A DNA stretch of 64,000 nucleotides from Patescibacteria group bacterium (GTDB lineage: Bacteria; Patescibacteriota; Minisyncoccia; Phycocordibacterales; UBA9973). Made by a program: the position numbers and the translations under genes. Position 1 is the stretch's first letter. Every line of letters begins with the position of its first letter. Positions 56,334 to 64,000 of this stretch are shown in pieces. Location: the NCBI GenBank assembly GCA_040390725.1, contig JAZJXT010000006.1:367-64366 (forward strand), given 5' to 3'. The notes below the pieces were generated by a model that saw only the letters and a list, made by a program, of their open reading frames with translations, made no database searches and was not told the origin of the DNA.

Positions 56334-56336
56334 TAC

Positions 56337-56386
56337 CCTCACCTAGCCTCACCCCTTAACCCCCTCTCCAGAGTACTAGAGAGGGG
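56337..56386 (+). repeat. R5 inverted-repeat end bounding the hicBA cassette (left)
   Basis: cctcacctagcctcacccc-ttaa-ccccctctcc-agagtactaga-gagagggg. Confidence 0.55.
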
Positions 56387-56519
56387 TAAAATACTTGCAT
56401 ACTTTTTTGGCTATGATATAATATACTCACTAAATGTGAAAGGCATCCTATATGGGTGCTTTTCTTGTTTTTAAATCATTAAAGCTTGCATTACAGTATA
56501 GATTTGATATTATCAAGAT

Positions 56520-56768
56520 ATGTCCAAAGAATTCTCTTATAAAATAGAATACGAGGTTGATAAGAAATCCGGTCAAGTAACGGCGACTATTCCTGAGCTT
56601 AATCACATTTCTTCTTTTGGTGATTCATTTGCCGAAGCGGAAGCCAATGTTCGTGAAGCATCATTGGGGTATTTGGAGTTGCTAGTTAAAAAACAAAAAA
56701 GAATCCCTGCTCCTGCATTTCACACTGATGGAACGTATTTAAAACTTTTTATTCCAAAGTTTGCTTAA
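56520..56768 (+). CDS. hicB: HicB-family antitoxin
   Basis: UPF0150/HicB-like fold signature (YKIEYEVDKKSGQVTATIPELNHISSFGDSFAEAEANVREA); overlaps hicA by 8 nt. Confidence 0.55.
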   Translation: MSKEFSYKIEYEVDKKSGQVTATIPELNHISSFGDSFAEAEANVREASLGYLELLVKKQKRIPAPAFHTDGTYLKLFIPKFA

Positions 56769-56994
56769 AAAAATGAGCAAATTAAATCCTTTATCAGCTA
56801 GAAAGGTTATTCAGAAACTCAAAAAAATAGGTTTTATTAAAACGCATCAGCGCGGAAGTCATTTGTATTTAGAAAACGGTGATAAGGTCGTAACAATTCC
56901 CGTTCACGGTTCAAAGGATATTCCCGTAGGTACTCTTTACAACATTGTCGTTAAACAAGCCGAACTTTCCATAAAAGAATTTCAGAATTTATAA
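56761..56994 (+). CDS. hicA: HicA-family mRNA interferase toxin
   Basis: KLKKIGFIKTHQRGSHLYLENGDKVVTIPVHGSKDIPVGTLYNIVKQA matches the HicA/YcfA pattern. Confidence 0.6.
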   Translation: MLKKMSKLNPLSARKVIQKLKKIGFIKTHQRGSHLYLENGDKVVTIPVHGSKDIPVGTLYNIVVKQAELSIKEFQNL

Positions 56995-57004
56995 TTTTTT
57001 TATT

Positions 57005-57051
57005 CCTCCCCTCTCTAAAATTTTTATTTTGGAGAGGGGTCGGGGGTGAGG
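57005..57051 (+). repeat. R5 inverted-repeat end bounding the hicBA cassette (right)
   Basis: cccctctc-loop-ggagagggg tcggggg tgagg; reverse complement of the left end core. Confidence 0.55.
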
Positions 57052-57090
57052 AAATTTGATTTTATTTTAAAATTTGATAACATACTAAAT

Positions 57091-57672
57091 ATGGCAACAT
57101 TAGAATACAGTGAAATACGCGGAGGAAAAATCATCTTACATGATGACGAGCCTTGTGAAGTTATCGACTCGCACGTCGCTCGCACCCAACAACGCAAACC
57201 TCAAAACCAGGTCAAGCTTAAAAGTCTTATTTCCGGCAAGGTCTTCCCTGCTACTTATCACGTTTCCGACAAAGCTGACGAAGCGGAAATCGAAAAACGT
57301 GAAGTGAAATTCCTTTATCACAACAAGGGCGAATATTGGTTCTGTGATCCTACTGATCCAAAAAACAGATTTAAATTAAACGAAGCGTTGCTCGGCAACA
57401 CTGTAAAATTCTTGAAAGATAATGAAAACGTCACCGCGCTAGTCTGGACGACAGAAGACGATGAGGAAAAAACTATCGGACTCAAGCTCCCTATCAAAAT
57501 GCAATTCAAAGTAAAAGAAGCTCCTCCTGCTGTCCGCGGAGACACTTCCAAGGGTGGCAATAAATTCATCGTCCTTGAAAATGGCTCCTCTATCACAGTG
57601 CCTATGTTTATAAACGAAGGTGACACTGTCATCATAAATACCGAAACCGGCGACTACGTCGAACGAGCCTAA
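57091..57672 (+). CDS. efp: elongation factor P (start moved to the internal ATG at 57091)
   Basis: Three-domain EF-P pattern, including the KPGKG-like loop region. Confidence 0.8.
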   Translation: MATLEYSEIRGGKIILHDDEPCEVIDSHVARTQQRKPQNQVKLKSLISGKVFPATYHVSDKADEAEIEKREVKFLYHNKGEYWFCDPTDPKNRFKLNEALLGNTVKFLKDNENVTALVWTTEDDEEKTIGLKLPIKMQFKVKEAPPAVRGDTSKGGNKFIVLENGSSITVPMFINEGDTVIINTETGDYVERA

Positions 57673-57731
57673 AAAATAAGTAAAAAGAAAGGACACCATT
57701 GGTGTCCTTTAAAATTGTTTTTAGTCTTTTG

Positions 57732-58232
57732 CTATTTAATCCGCCGATGAAGCGACTTTTGGAGATTAGCTTCCTCTGCTTCATGCCTTGCTTTTTCAAT
57801 GGCAATATTTAAATGTAAAATCTTACCATGATCATTTTTATATTGGATTTTTGTAAACTCCTTTAATTTTTCACAGTAAACAGAATTATTTATGTATTTA
57901 GGCAACATATTAATCCCGATGCTAAAAACCATAAGGCGTTCACGTCTATTAAAGTTTTTAATTTTAATAAAAGTATCGAGCATTTTAATTAAAACATTTT
58001 CTTCAGAAGACACCATAGTATAATGGTATTTTCCGTTCTGAAAAAATTCAATCAAAGGACCAGATACGCCCTTTTTATCTTCTGCCATGGTTTGGAATTT
58101 CGAAAATATTTCTTGGATTTTTTCTTCGGGTATTGGCACCTCTGTTTTTTTATCAAGATACTCTCTTAATATATTAACCAAACGCCTTTTTCCTGAAATT
58201 ACTATTTCGTATTGAAATAATATTTTTCGCAC
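57732..58232 (-). CDS. hypothetical protein
   Basis: ORF track. Confidence 0.3.
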   Translation of the reverse strand: MRKILFQYEIVISGKRRLVNILREYLDKKTEVPIPEEKIQEIFSKFQTMAEDKKGVSGPLIEFFQNGKYHYTMVSSEENVLIKMLDTFIKIKNFNRRERLMVFSIGINMLPKYINNSVYCEKLKEFTKIQYKNDHGKILHLNIAIEKARHEAEEANLQKSLHRRIK

Positions 58233-58365
58233 TTCTAGTACTTTCTTTTTTGTTAAAGCTACAAATAAATCAACCTATTTTATCCGAAAAAGCAATAGCA
58301 CTATTGACTATTTAATAAAAAAATGATAATCTTTTTATTCAGCCAAGGGGGCTGAGTTTTGTTTT

Positions 58366-59931
58366 TTGACAAAATTAAATAAAAATTTTCATCACCAAAA
58401 TTTCGTAATCATGAAATCAATTTTTTCTTTCGCATGGGCTTTAGCTCTCCTTTTGTTGGTAGGAAAAACCAACGCACAAATTTCAAATTTTATTGTTAAC
58501 CAGGACACAATTTGTGCTGGAGACACTGTTTTTGTTACCAACCTGTCAACAGGTTCAAACCTGAAAAGTAACTGGTACAGCGCTAACGGCTCTCCTCAGA
58601 CATGGGAAGGAATAACAATCCCTATGGGTGTTACCTACTGGAATCCCGGTACGTATCAAATTGAACTGATCGTGGAAGACACGGTGTCGCATATTCAAAG
58701 TACGCCGTTTATTGTTACTATTTATGTGTATCCAATACCGCAGACATTTACTACCACGCCAAGTGGAAACATTTACCAAAATTGTAACGGCAATCCCGTG
58801 ACAGTTACAGCCAACACCGCCGGAGGAGTAAATTACCTTTGGAGACACAATGGTAATACTGTTGACACAAATGCTACGGCAAACCTAAGTGGTACAGGAG
58901 CGTATTTTGTGTACGCTACTAACATTTACGGTTGTCGAAATAGCCAAGGTTGGTATGTCTATGTGAATCCAAATCCAGCACTAAACATAAGCCTGGGAGT
59001 TAATGGAAACAATAATGACACTGTTTCTATTTGCAACAACCCGCTAAATACAAACTATGCGTATGTAAACTGGAGCAGTCCGATAAGTATTCTTCCTTCG
59101 TTCCAATGGAATGATGGATCAAATGGTAATAACTTAGCTGTTACCCAATCCGGAAACTACTGGGCCATACTAACAGACTTAAATACTGGATGTAGTGATA
59201 CGGACAGTGTTTATGTTTATTTACATCAACTGCCTGTACCGGTAATTACATCACCTATGCTAGAGTTTTGCGAAGGAGCAGGCACAGTCTTACTCGTAGC
59301 CACTCACTATCCTTCCTATTCATGGAGCAATAGTGCAAATACTCAAAGCACTTATGTGAATTGGGGAGGTGTCTTTACTGTAACAGTTACCGATACCTTT
59401 GGTTGCACAGGAACAGCACTGAGTGTACAAACTATTGTATGGCCAAACCCAGTTGCCGAAATAGAAACAATTGATTGTGAAATGGCTGCAGGGCTGATCA
59501 CACTTGGACCGGGAGATTCCATTCAATGGTCATTAAACGGAATACCTATTCCCCAATCCAACAGTCAATTCTTGTTGGCAACTGGGACAGGTTTCTATAC
59601 AGTGACAGTAACAAATTCACACGGTTGCACAGGCACATCATTGCCCATGCCTATGAATTGCACTGAAACTGGCGTAGACTTACTTGCCCAAATGAAAGGC
59701 ATAAATGTTTATCCAAACCCAGTTGTAAATCAACTGACGGTTAAATTTGCAAACCAAAATACCAAATACAAAGTCCAAATCGTGGACATGGTTGGTAAAA
59801 GTTTGGCAGAGGCTGAAGGAACCGATGAAGTAATCATTCCGCGAGGAAACATTACTCCGGGTTATTATATTGTCAAAATCCGTGACAGTGAAAATAGCCA
59901 AGAAAAAACTGCACAGATTATCGTGCAGTAA
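58366..59931 (+). CDS. secreted protein with a Bacteroidota-type T9SS C-terminal sorting domain
   Basis: Signal peptide ending ...KTNAQ. C-terminus VYPNPVVNQLTVKF...KVQIVDMVGKSL...GYYIVKIRD...IIVQ (Por_Secre_tail pattern). Noticeably higher GC than the flanks. Confidence 0.55.
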   Translation: MTKLNKNFHHQNFVIMKSIFSFAWALALLLLVGKTNAQISNFIVNQDTICAGDTVFVTNLSTGSNLKSNWYSANGSPQTWEGITIPMGVTYWNPGTYQIELIVEDTVSHIQSTPFIVTIYVYPIPQTFTTTPSGNIYQNCNGNPVTVTANTAGGVNYLWRHNGNTVDTNATANLSGTGAYFVYATNIYGCRNSQGWYVYVNPNPALNISLGVNGNNNDTVSICNNPLNTNYAYVNWSSPISILPSFQWNDGSNGNNLAVTQSGNYWAILTDLNTGCSDTDSVYVYLHQLPVPVITSPMLEFCEGAGTVLLVATHYPSYSWSNSANTQSTYVNWGGVFTVTVTDTFGCTGTALSVQTIVWPNPVAEIETIDCEMAAGLITLGPGDSIQWSLNGIPIPQSNSQFLLATGTGFYTVTVTNSHGCTGTSLPMPMNCTETGVDLLAQMKGINVYPNPVVNQLTVKFANQNTKYKVQIVDMVGKSLAEAEGTDEVIIPRGNITPGYYIVKIRDSENSQEKTAQIIVQ

Positions 59932-60049
59932 AATTAAATGGTGTTAATACACCCCACCCGCTTAATACAAGCGGGTGTTTTTTTATCTAAAATCAAAATA
60001 ATACCCAATAAAATATGAATATTTCAACCCTTGACTTATTGCTATAAAT

Positions 60050-61399
60050 ATGCTAGACTTGATAGATAGGCGGAGTAACCGCTATTATTTGTACCTTGTA
60101 ATCAACAATTCAATATATCTTATGAAGAATTCAGTATTTTCCGTATGGGCTACTGCCCTTTTCTTTTTGTTGGCTTTTAATAAAACCAATGCGCAATTTT
60201 CCTGCATGTCTAATATCCATGTCAGTACTGGAGTCAGCTTTGTCGTTGACTGTAGCAATCAAAAAGTTGTTACTTTCACTACAGACAGCTTGTCCAGAGC
60301 TTACTCATGGATGATAGGCAGTACTCCATTGGGAGTTGCTATCTCCATGACGGTGACTATCACTACCCCGGGCGATTACAACATCACAGCAACCGACACT
60401 ATGAATAGTTGGTGCTATGACGTTGTTCAGATTCACGCACTGCCACGTCCTGTGACAGTGGTGAATGTGAATGTTCCTGGATCAACGGTTATTGGGAACA
60501 CTACCTTTGTCTGTTCAAACCCAAACGGCTATTCCCTGAATGGAAACACCACCGGTGTCAGCTATTACTGGGATAACGGACCAGGTCCATTGATCAGGCA
60601 TGTTTTCCAAGGAGGAGTTTACATCTTTACAGGTGTAGATAGCTACGGATGCACAACATCCGATACCGTAAACTTGGTTATCTGGCAAAGCCCGACTCCT
60701 GCAATAATTGGAAACGTTCCAGTGTGCTCTGGGTCGAGCTTGGTGCTGTCGGTTGATAGTCCTACCATCTACTCTAGTGTTAATTGGAGTGGTGTCGGCA
60801 CATCAGGCAACAGTCCCACTGCATCGGTGAACACAACAATCAATTACGCGAGTTATATCGTGGATATGACTGCAACTGATGCAAATGGATGCTCTGCAAC
60901 AACCACTGCCCTTGTGACCGTAAAGCCTACTCCGCTGACACCTACGGTATTTAGTACCAGCCCTGTGGCATGCAAAATGTATGACATACACGGTGGTAAT
61001 TTATACCAATGGATGATGGGTTCAGGAGCAGGTTCGATAATTCCGGGAGCAACGAGTTCTGTTTATTATCCTACCAGCCCAAATTATTACTGGGTGGTAG
61101 AAACAGATATCGTTTCTGGGTGTGGTAGCGCATCTCTGCCATTATGGTCAGATTGCAACATTGCGTCTGGTGTGGATGACGAACTGGATAAAAAAGATAA
61201 ACTGAAAATTTCTTCAGAAGGAATAAGCATAGAATTTGCTGATGCCGAAATACACACTGTTAAAGTGATTGACGGTATTGGGCAAGTTGTAGCAACTGAA
61301 ACTTCCTCAACTGAAATTTTGTTTCGGAACATCAAACCAGGAATTTATTTCCTGCGTGTTGATGAGAAGCCAGCGGTAAAAATCGCTGTACGACAATAA
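60050..61399 (+). CDS. second secreted protein with a T9SS-type C-terminal sorting domain
   Basis: Signal peptide ...KTNAQ. C-terminus ISIEFADAEIHTVKVIDGIGQVV...GIYFLRVDEKPAVKIAVRQ. GC-richer. Confidence 0.5.
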   Translation: MLDLIDRRSNRYYLYLVINNSIYLMKNSVFSVWATALFFLLAFNKTNAQFSCMSNIHVSTGVSFVVDCSNQKVVTFTTDSLSRAYSWMIGSTPLGVAISMTVTITTPGDYNITATDTMNSWCYDVVQIHALPRPVTVVNVNVPGSTVIGNTTFVCSNPNGYSLNGNTTGVSYYWDNGPGPLIRHVFQGGVYIFTGVDSYGCTTSDTVNLVIWQSPTPAIIGNVPVCSGSSLVLSVDSPTIYSSVNWSGVGTSGNSPTASVNTTINYASYIVDMTATDANGCSATTTALVTVKPTPLTPTVFSTSPVACKMYDIHGGNLYQWMMGSGAGSIIPGATSSVYYPTSPNYYWVVETDIVSGCGSASLPLWSDCNIASGVDDELDKKDKLKISSEGISIEFADAEIHTVKVIDGIGQVVATETSSTEILFRNIKPGIYFLRVDEKPAVKIAVRQ

Positions 61400-61546
61400 A
61401 ATGGTGTATTACACCGACCCATATTGAACAACAATATGGGTTATTTTTTTGCCTAAATACTAAAAAATACAAAAATTTGACATAAAAGTATCCGTTAATA
61501 TATACTGAAAATATAAAATTTAATTATAATTAACAGAAATAATATT

Positions 61547-62575
61547 ATGGCAAAAACAAAAGAAAAGTTTATTTATACATACATCTGGCTCGACGGCTAC
61601 AAGCCGGAGCCGAACTTAAGGGGCAAAGACAAAATCCTCGAAGGTATTAAAACATTAAAAGAACTCCCAGGCTGGTCATTTGACGGTAGCTCAACACAGC
61701 AAGCAAAAGGTCATTTCTCGGACTGCTTACTCAATCCGGTAAAAATGATTCCTGACCCAGCACGAGAAAGAAGCTTTTTGGTTTTCTGTGAAGTTTTAAA
61801 TCCGGATGGCACTCCGCATATTTCAAATACTCGTGCACAACTCGCTCCATATGATTTCAAAGGAAGCTGGTTTGGAATGGAACAAGAATATGTATTTATA
61901 AAAAATGGCCGACCGATAGGTTTCCCCATAGATGCAAAAAAGTTTCCGAAACCTCAGGGCGAATATTATTGCGGAGTCGGTGCAGAAAATATTTCCGGCC
62001 GAGAATTAATGGAGGAGCACACTTTGATGTGCATCGAAGCAGGCATTCCTCTGACTGGCACAAATGCCGAAGTTCTCTTAGGTCAATGGGAATTCCAGCT
62101 TTTTGGACAAGATGGCGCACTGGATACTGCTGACCTCCTTTGGCTCACTCGCTATCTTTTAGTACGCACTGCGGAATCTTACGGCGTATCAGTTTCCTTT
62201 CACCCAAAACCGCTCACCAAAGGCGACTGGAACGGTTCCGGACTTCACACAAACTTTTCTACAAATAAAATGCGTGGCGCTGGCGGTAAAGAATTATTCC
62301 AAAGAATTTACAAAGCATTTGAAAAAAATGCAAAAATGCATATTGATCATTATGGATCAGACAATCACCTACGCCTCACGGGAAAACATGAAACACAATC
62401 TATCCACACATTCTCGACTGGTGTTTCCGACCGTGGAGCATCTATCAGAATTCCGCTTTCGACCGACAAAGAAATGCGTGGTTATCTCGAAGACCGACGC
62501 CCAGCATCAAACGGCGACCCATACAAAATCTTGCTCGCAATTTGCAAAACATTAAAAGAAGCAAAAGCGGATTAA
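61547..62575 (+). CDS. glnII: glutamine synthetase type II (eukaryote-like GSII)
   Basis: ~342 aa; N-terminal YIWLDG and the catalytic-domain motifs NGSGLHTNFST ... are typical of GSII rather than GSI or GSIII. Confidence 0.65.
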   Translation: MAKTKEKFIYTYIWLDGYKPEPNLRGKDKILEGIKTLKELPGWSFDGSSTQQAKGHFSDCLLNPVKMIPDPARERSFLVFCEVLNPDGTPHISNTRAQLAPYDFKGSWFGMEQEYVFIKNGRPIGFPIDAKKFPKPQGEYYCGVGAENISGRELMEEHTLMCIEAGIPLTGTNAEVLLGQWEFQLFGQDGALDTADLLWLTRYLLVRTAESYGVSVSFHPKPLTKGDWNGSGLHTNFSTNKMRGAGGKELFQRIYKAFEKNAKMHIDHYGSDNHLRLTGKHETQSIHTFSTGVSDRGASIRIPLSTDKEMRGYLEDRRPASNGDPYKILLAICKTLKEAKAD

Positions 62576-62602
62576 AAGAATTTTCAAATCGCCAGGCAAG
62601 AC

Positions 62603-63088
62603 CTAGCGATTTTTATTTATTATTGATTTTTTGTTTTGGGGGAAATTTTCTAAAATTTCACTTATTTTTTTATTTAACCCTGGATGTATAAAATTAGGAG
62701 CTATTTCATTTAAAGGTATTAAAACAAAATCACGTTCTGTTAAAAGTGGGTGCGGAATTTCGAGAATATCATTTTTGAAAACAAGGTCATCGTAAAAAAG
62801 AATATCAATATCTATCTCGCGCGGGCCCCAATAAAAAGTTTCTTTTCTGCCGACTTTTTTTTCTATTTCTTTTACGAAAGTTAAAAGCTCCAGTGGGGTA
62901 AGATTTGTTTCCGCTTCTATCGCAGTATTTAGAAAATTATTTTGCTCGGTAAAACCCACTGCCTTACTCTCATACACCGACGCGTATTTTAAAACTTTTA
63001 TTTTCTCGGACAAAAATCTATACGCTTTTTTAATATTCTCTTCTCTATCTCCCGTATTTGAGCCCAATGCCAAATATATTTTATGCAT
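62603..63088 (-). CDS. folK: 2-amino-4-hydroxy-6-hydroxymethyldihydropteridine pyrophosphokinase
   Basis: IYLALGSNTGDR and the HPPK length. Confidence 0.75.
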   Translation of the reverse strand: MHKIYLALGSNTGDREENIKKAYRFLSEKIKVLKYASVYESKAVGFTEQNNFLNTAIEAETNLTPLELLTFVKEIEKKVGRKETFYWGPREIDIDILFYDDLVFKNDILEIPHPLLTERDFVLIPLNEIAPNFIHPGLNKKISEILENFPQNKKSIINKNR

Positions 63089-63089
63089 A

Positions 63090-63443
63090 TTATCTTGATT
63101 TTTCTATCTCCACACCGACGGATTCTATACCAGGGAATTTATTTGGTTTCTCTACTCGCACTTGCACTTTTTGTGCCATTTTTTCTGCCAAACAAATATC
63201 GGCAATAGTATCAGCCAAAGTTTCAATCAATACAAATTCTTTTTGCGCCACTAATTGGGTTATTTTTTCTTTAAAAATTACATAATTTACAGTATCATTT
63301 ATATCTTCACTTTTTACAGATTTACTAATGTCCGCCCACACAGCTATATTTAATAAAAGGCTTTGTGTAGCATTTCGCTCTATGGTATGTTCGCCCACAT
63401 TTGCAGTCACTATAAAATTTTTAATAAATATTTTTCCAATCAT
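63090..63443 (-). CDS. folB: dihydroneopterin aldolase
   Basis: Size and the conserved IFIKNFIVTANVGEHTIER pattern. Confidence 0.65.
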   Translation of the reverse strand: MIGKIFIKNFIVTANVGEHTIERNATQSLLLNIAVWADISKSVKSEDINDTVNYVIFKEKITQLVAQKEFVLIETLADTIADICLAEKMAQKVQVRVEKPNKFPGIESVGVEIEKSR

Positions 63444-63478
63444 ACTTTTATGCTAACATTTTTTGCATTATTTTTCTA

Positions 63479-64000
63479 TTATTTTAATTCGTCTAGCAAT
63501 ACTAAGAATTTTTTATTTTCCAATACATCGTGTGTGCGCACTATATTTGCGCCATTTAATACAGCAAAAGCTGTCTCTGCCAATCCCGCCTCGAGCCTTT
63601 CACTCGGCCCCGGTACTTCTTTTAAATTCAATTTCTCTTGCAAAACCTTGCCTAAATGGCTCTTCCTAGAAACACCCACCAGTAAAGGCATCCCCCATTT
63701 GGTGAACTTTTTAAATTCCCTTATTATGGTTAAATTATGCTCGACTGATTTACCGAAACCAATCCCCGGGTCTAAAATAAACTGCTCTTTTTTTACGCCA
63801 TTTTTTAACCCGAATTTTATTTGCTCCGCAAAAAATTTATTTATCTCTGAAATTACATTTTTATATTTTATCTCACCCTTTTGCATCGTACGTGGTTCAC
63901 CTTTTATATGATAAATAATAATCGGCACTTTATATTTCGCCACAACTTTTGCCATAGCCTTGTCATATGTAAAACCGCCTAAACTGTTTATTATATTCGC
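63479..64000 (-). CDS. folP: dihydropteroate synthase (N-terminus beyond the window end)
   Basis: LLVGVSRKS and the C-terminal DHPS region. The ORF is open to the window edge. Confidence 0.7.
   Translation of the reverse strand, partial: ANIINSLGGFTYDKAMAKVVAKYKVPIIIYHIKGEPRTMQKGEIKYKNVISEINKFFAEQIKFGLKNGVKKEQFILDPGIGFGKSVEHNLTIIREFKKFTKWGMPLLVGVSRKSHLGKVLQEKLNLKEVPGPSERLEAGLAETAFAVLNGANIVRTHDVLENKKFLVLLDELK

Noticed and set aside
40904-57051. The repeat families R5 and R6 as a CRISPR array or integron attC sites
   Set aside because: The copies are dispersed (kilobases apart), are not regularly spaced direct repeats with unique spacers, and no cas or intI genes are present. The structure and inverted-repeat arrangement fit MITE-like or structured-RNA repeats better.

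Overview
This 64-kb window is AT-rich (roughly one-third GC by eye), gene-dense and dominated by short genes, which suggests a reduced genome. Several features fit a Patescibacteria/CPR-like or similarly streamlined bacterium. The 5' end of a 23S rRNA on the minus strand (1-185) has no linked 16S rRNA. The secY-L15-S5-L18-L6-S8-S14 ribosomal cluster has no L30 gene between S5 and L15 and a 61-aa zinc-ribbon S14. Many genes encode secreted or membrane hypothetical proteins. Housekeeping content I can support from the translations: serC-serA plus a fusion of an FAD-linked oxidase with a phosphoserine phosphatase (serB), a lone purH, rplJ-rplL, tmRNA (ssrA, identified by hand) next to smpB, infC-rpmI-rplT, map/pyrH-like/adk/cmk-like, maf, ndk, ftsK, recA, efp, a eukaryote-type glutamine synthetase II, and folK-folB-folP (folP truncated by the window end). 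Accessory content: an IS200/RAYT-like Y1 transposase bracketed by palindromic hairpins, three toxin-antitoxin modules (relBE, hicBA, an orphan mazF/pemK-like toxin), a COG1373-type AAA ATPase gene inserted at the duplicated 3' end of secY, a 924-aa VirB4/VirD4-like ATPase, three very large surface proteins with peptidoglycan-binding domains (41.9-51.3 kb), and two GC-richer secreted proteins with Bacteroidota-type T9SS C-terminal sorting domains (probable horizontal transfer). The most unusual aspect is the density of short conserved structured repeats in intergenic DNA, at least eight families by manual comparison. One is a ~100-nt family with a GNRA hairpin and its own intrinsic terminator (R3) associated with two paralogous genes of unknown function. 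One is a ~110-nt three-way-junction-like family with compensatory stem changes (R6, three copies). One is a terminal-inverted-repeat family that brackets two small gene cassettes (the hicBA pair and one R3-associated paralog) and also occurs in-frame inside a coding sequence (R5). Others include promoter-plus-leader-hairpin modules and direct repeats flanking the serine operon. All calls rest on reading the sequence and the six-frame translations; no searches were run.
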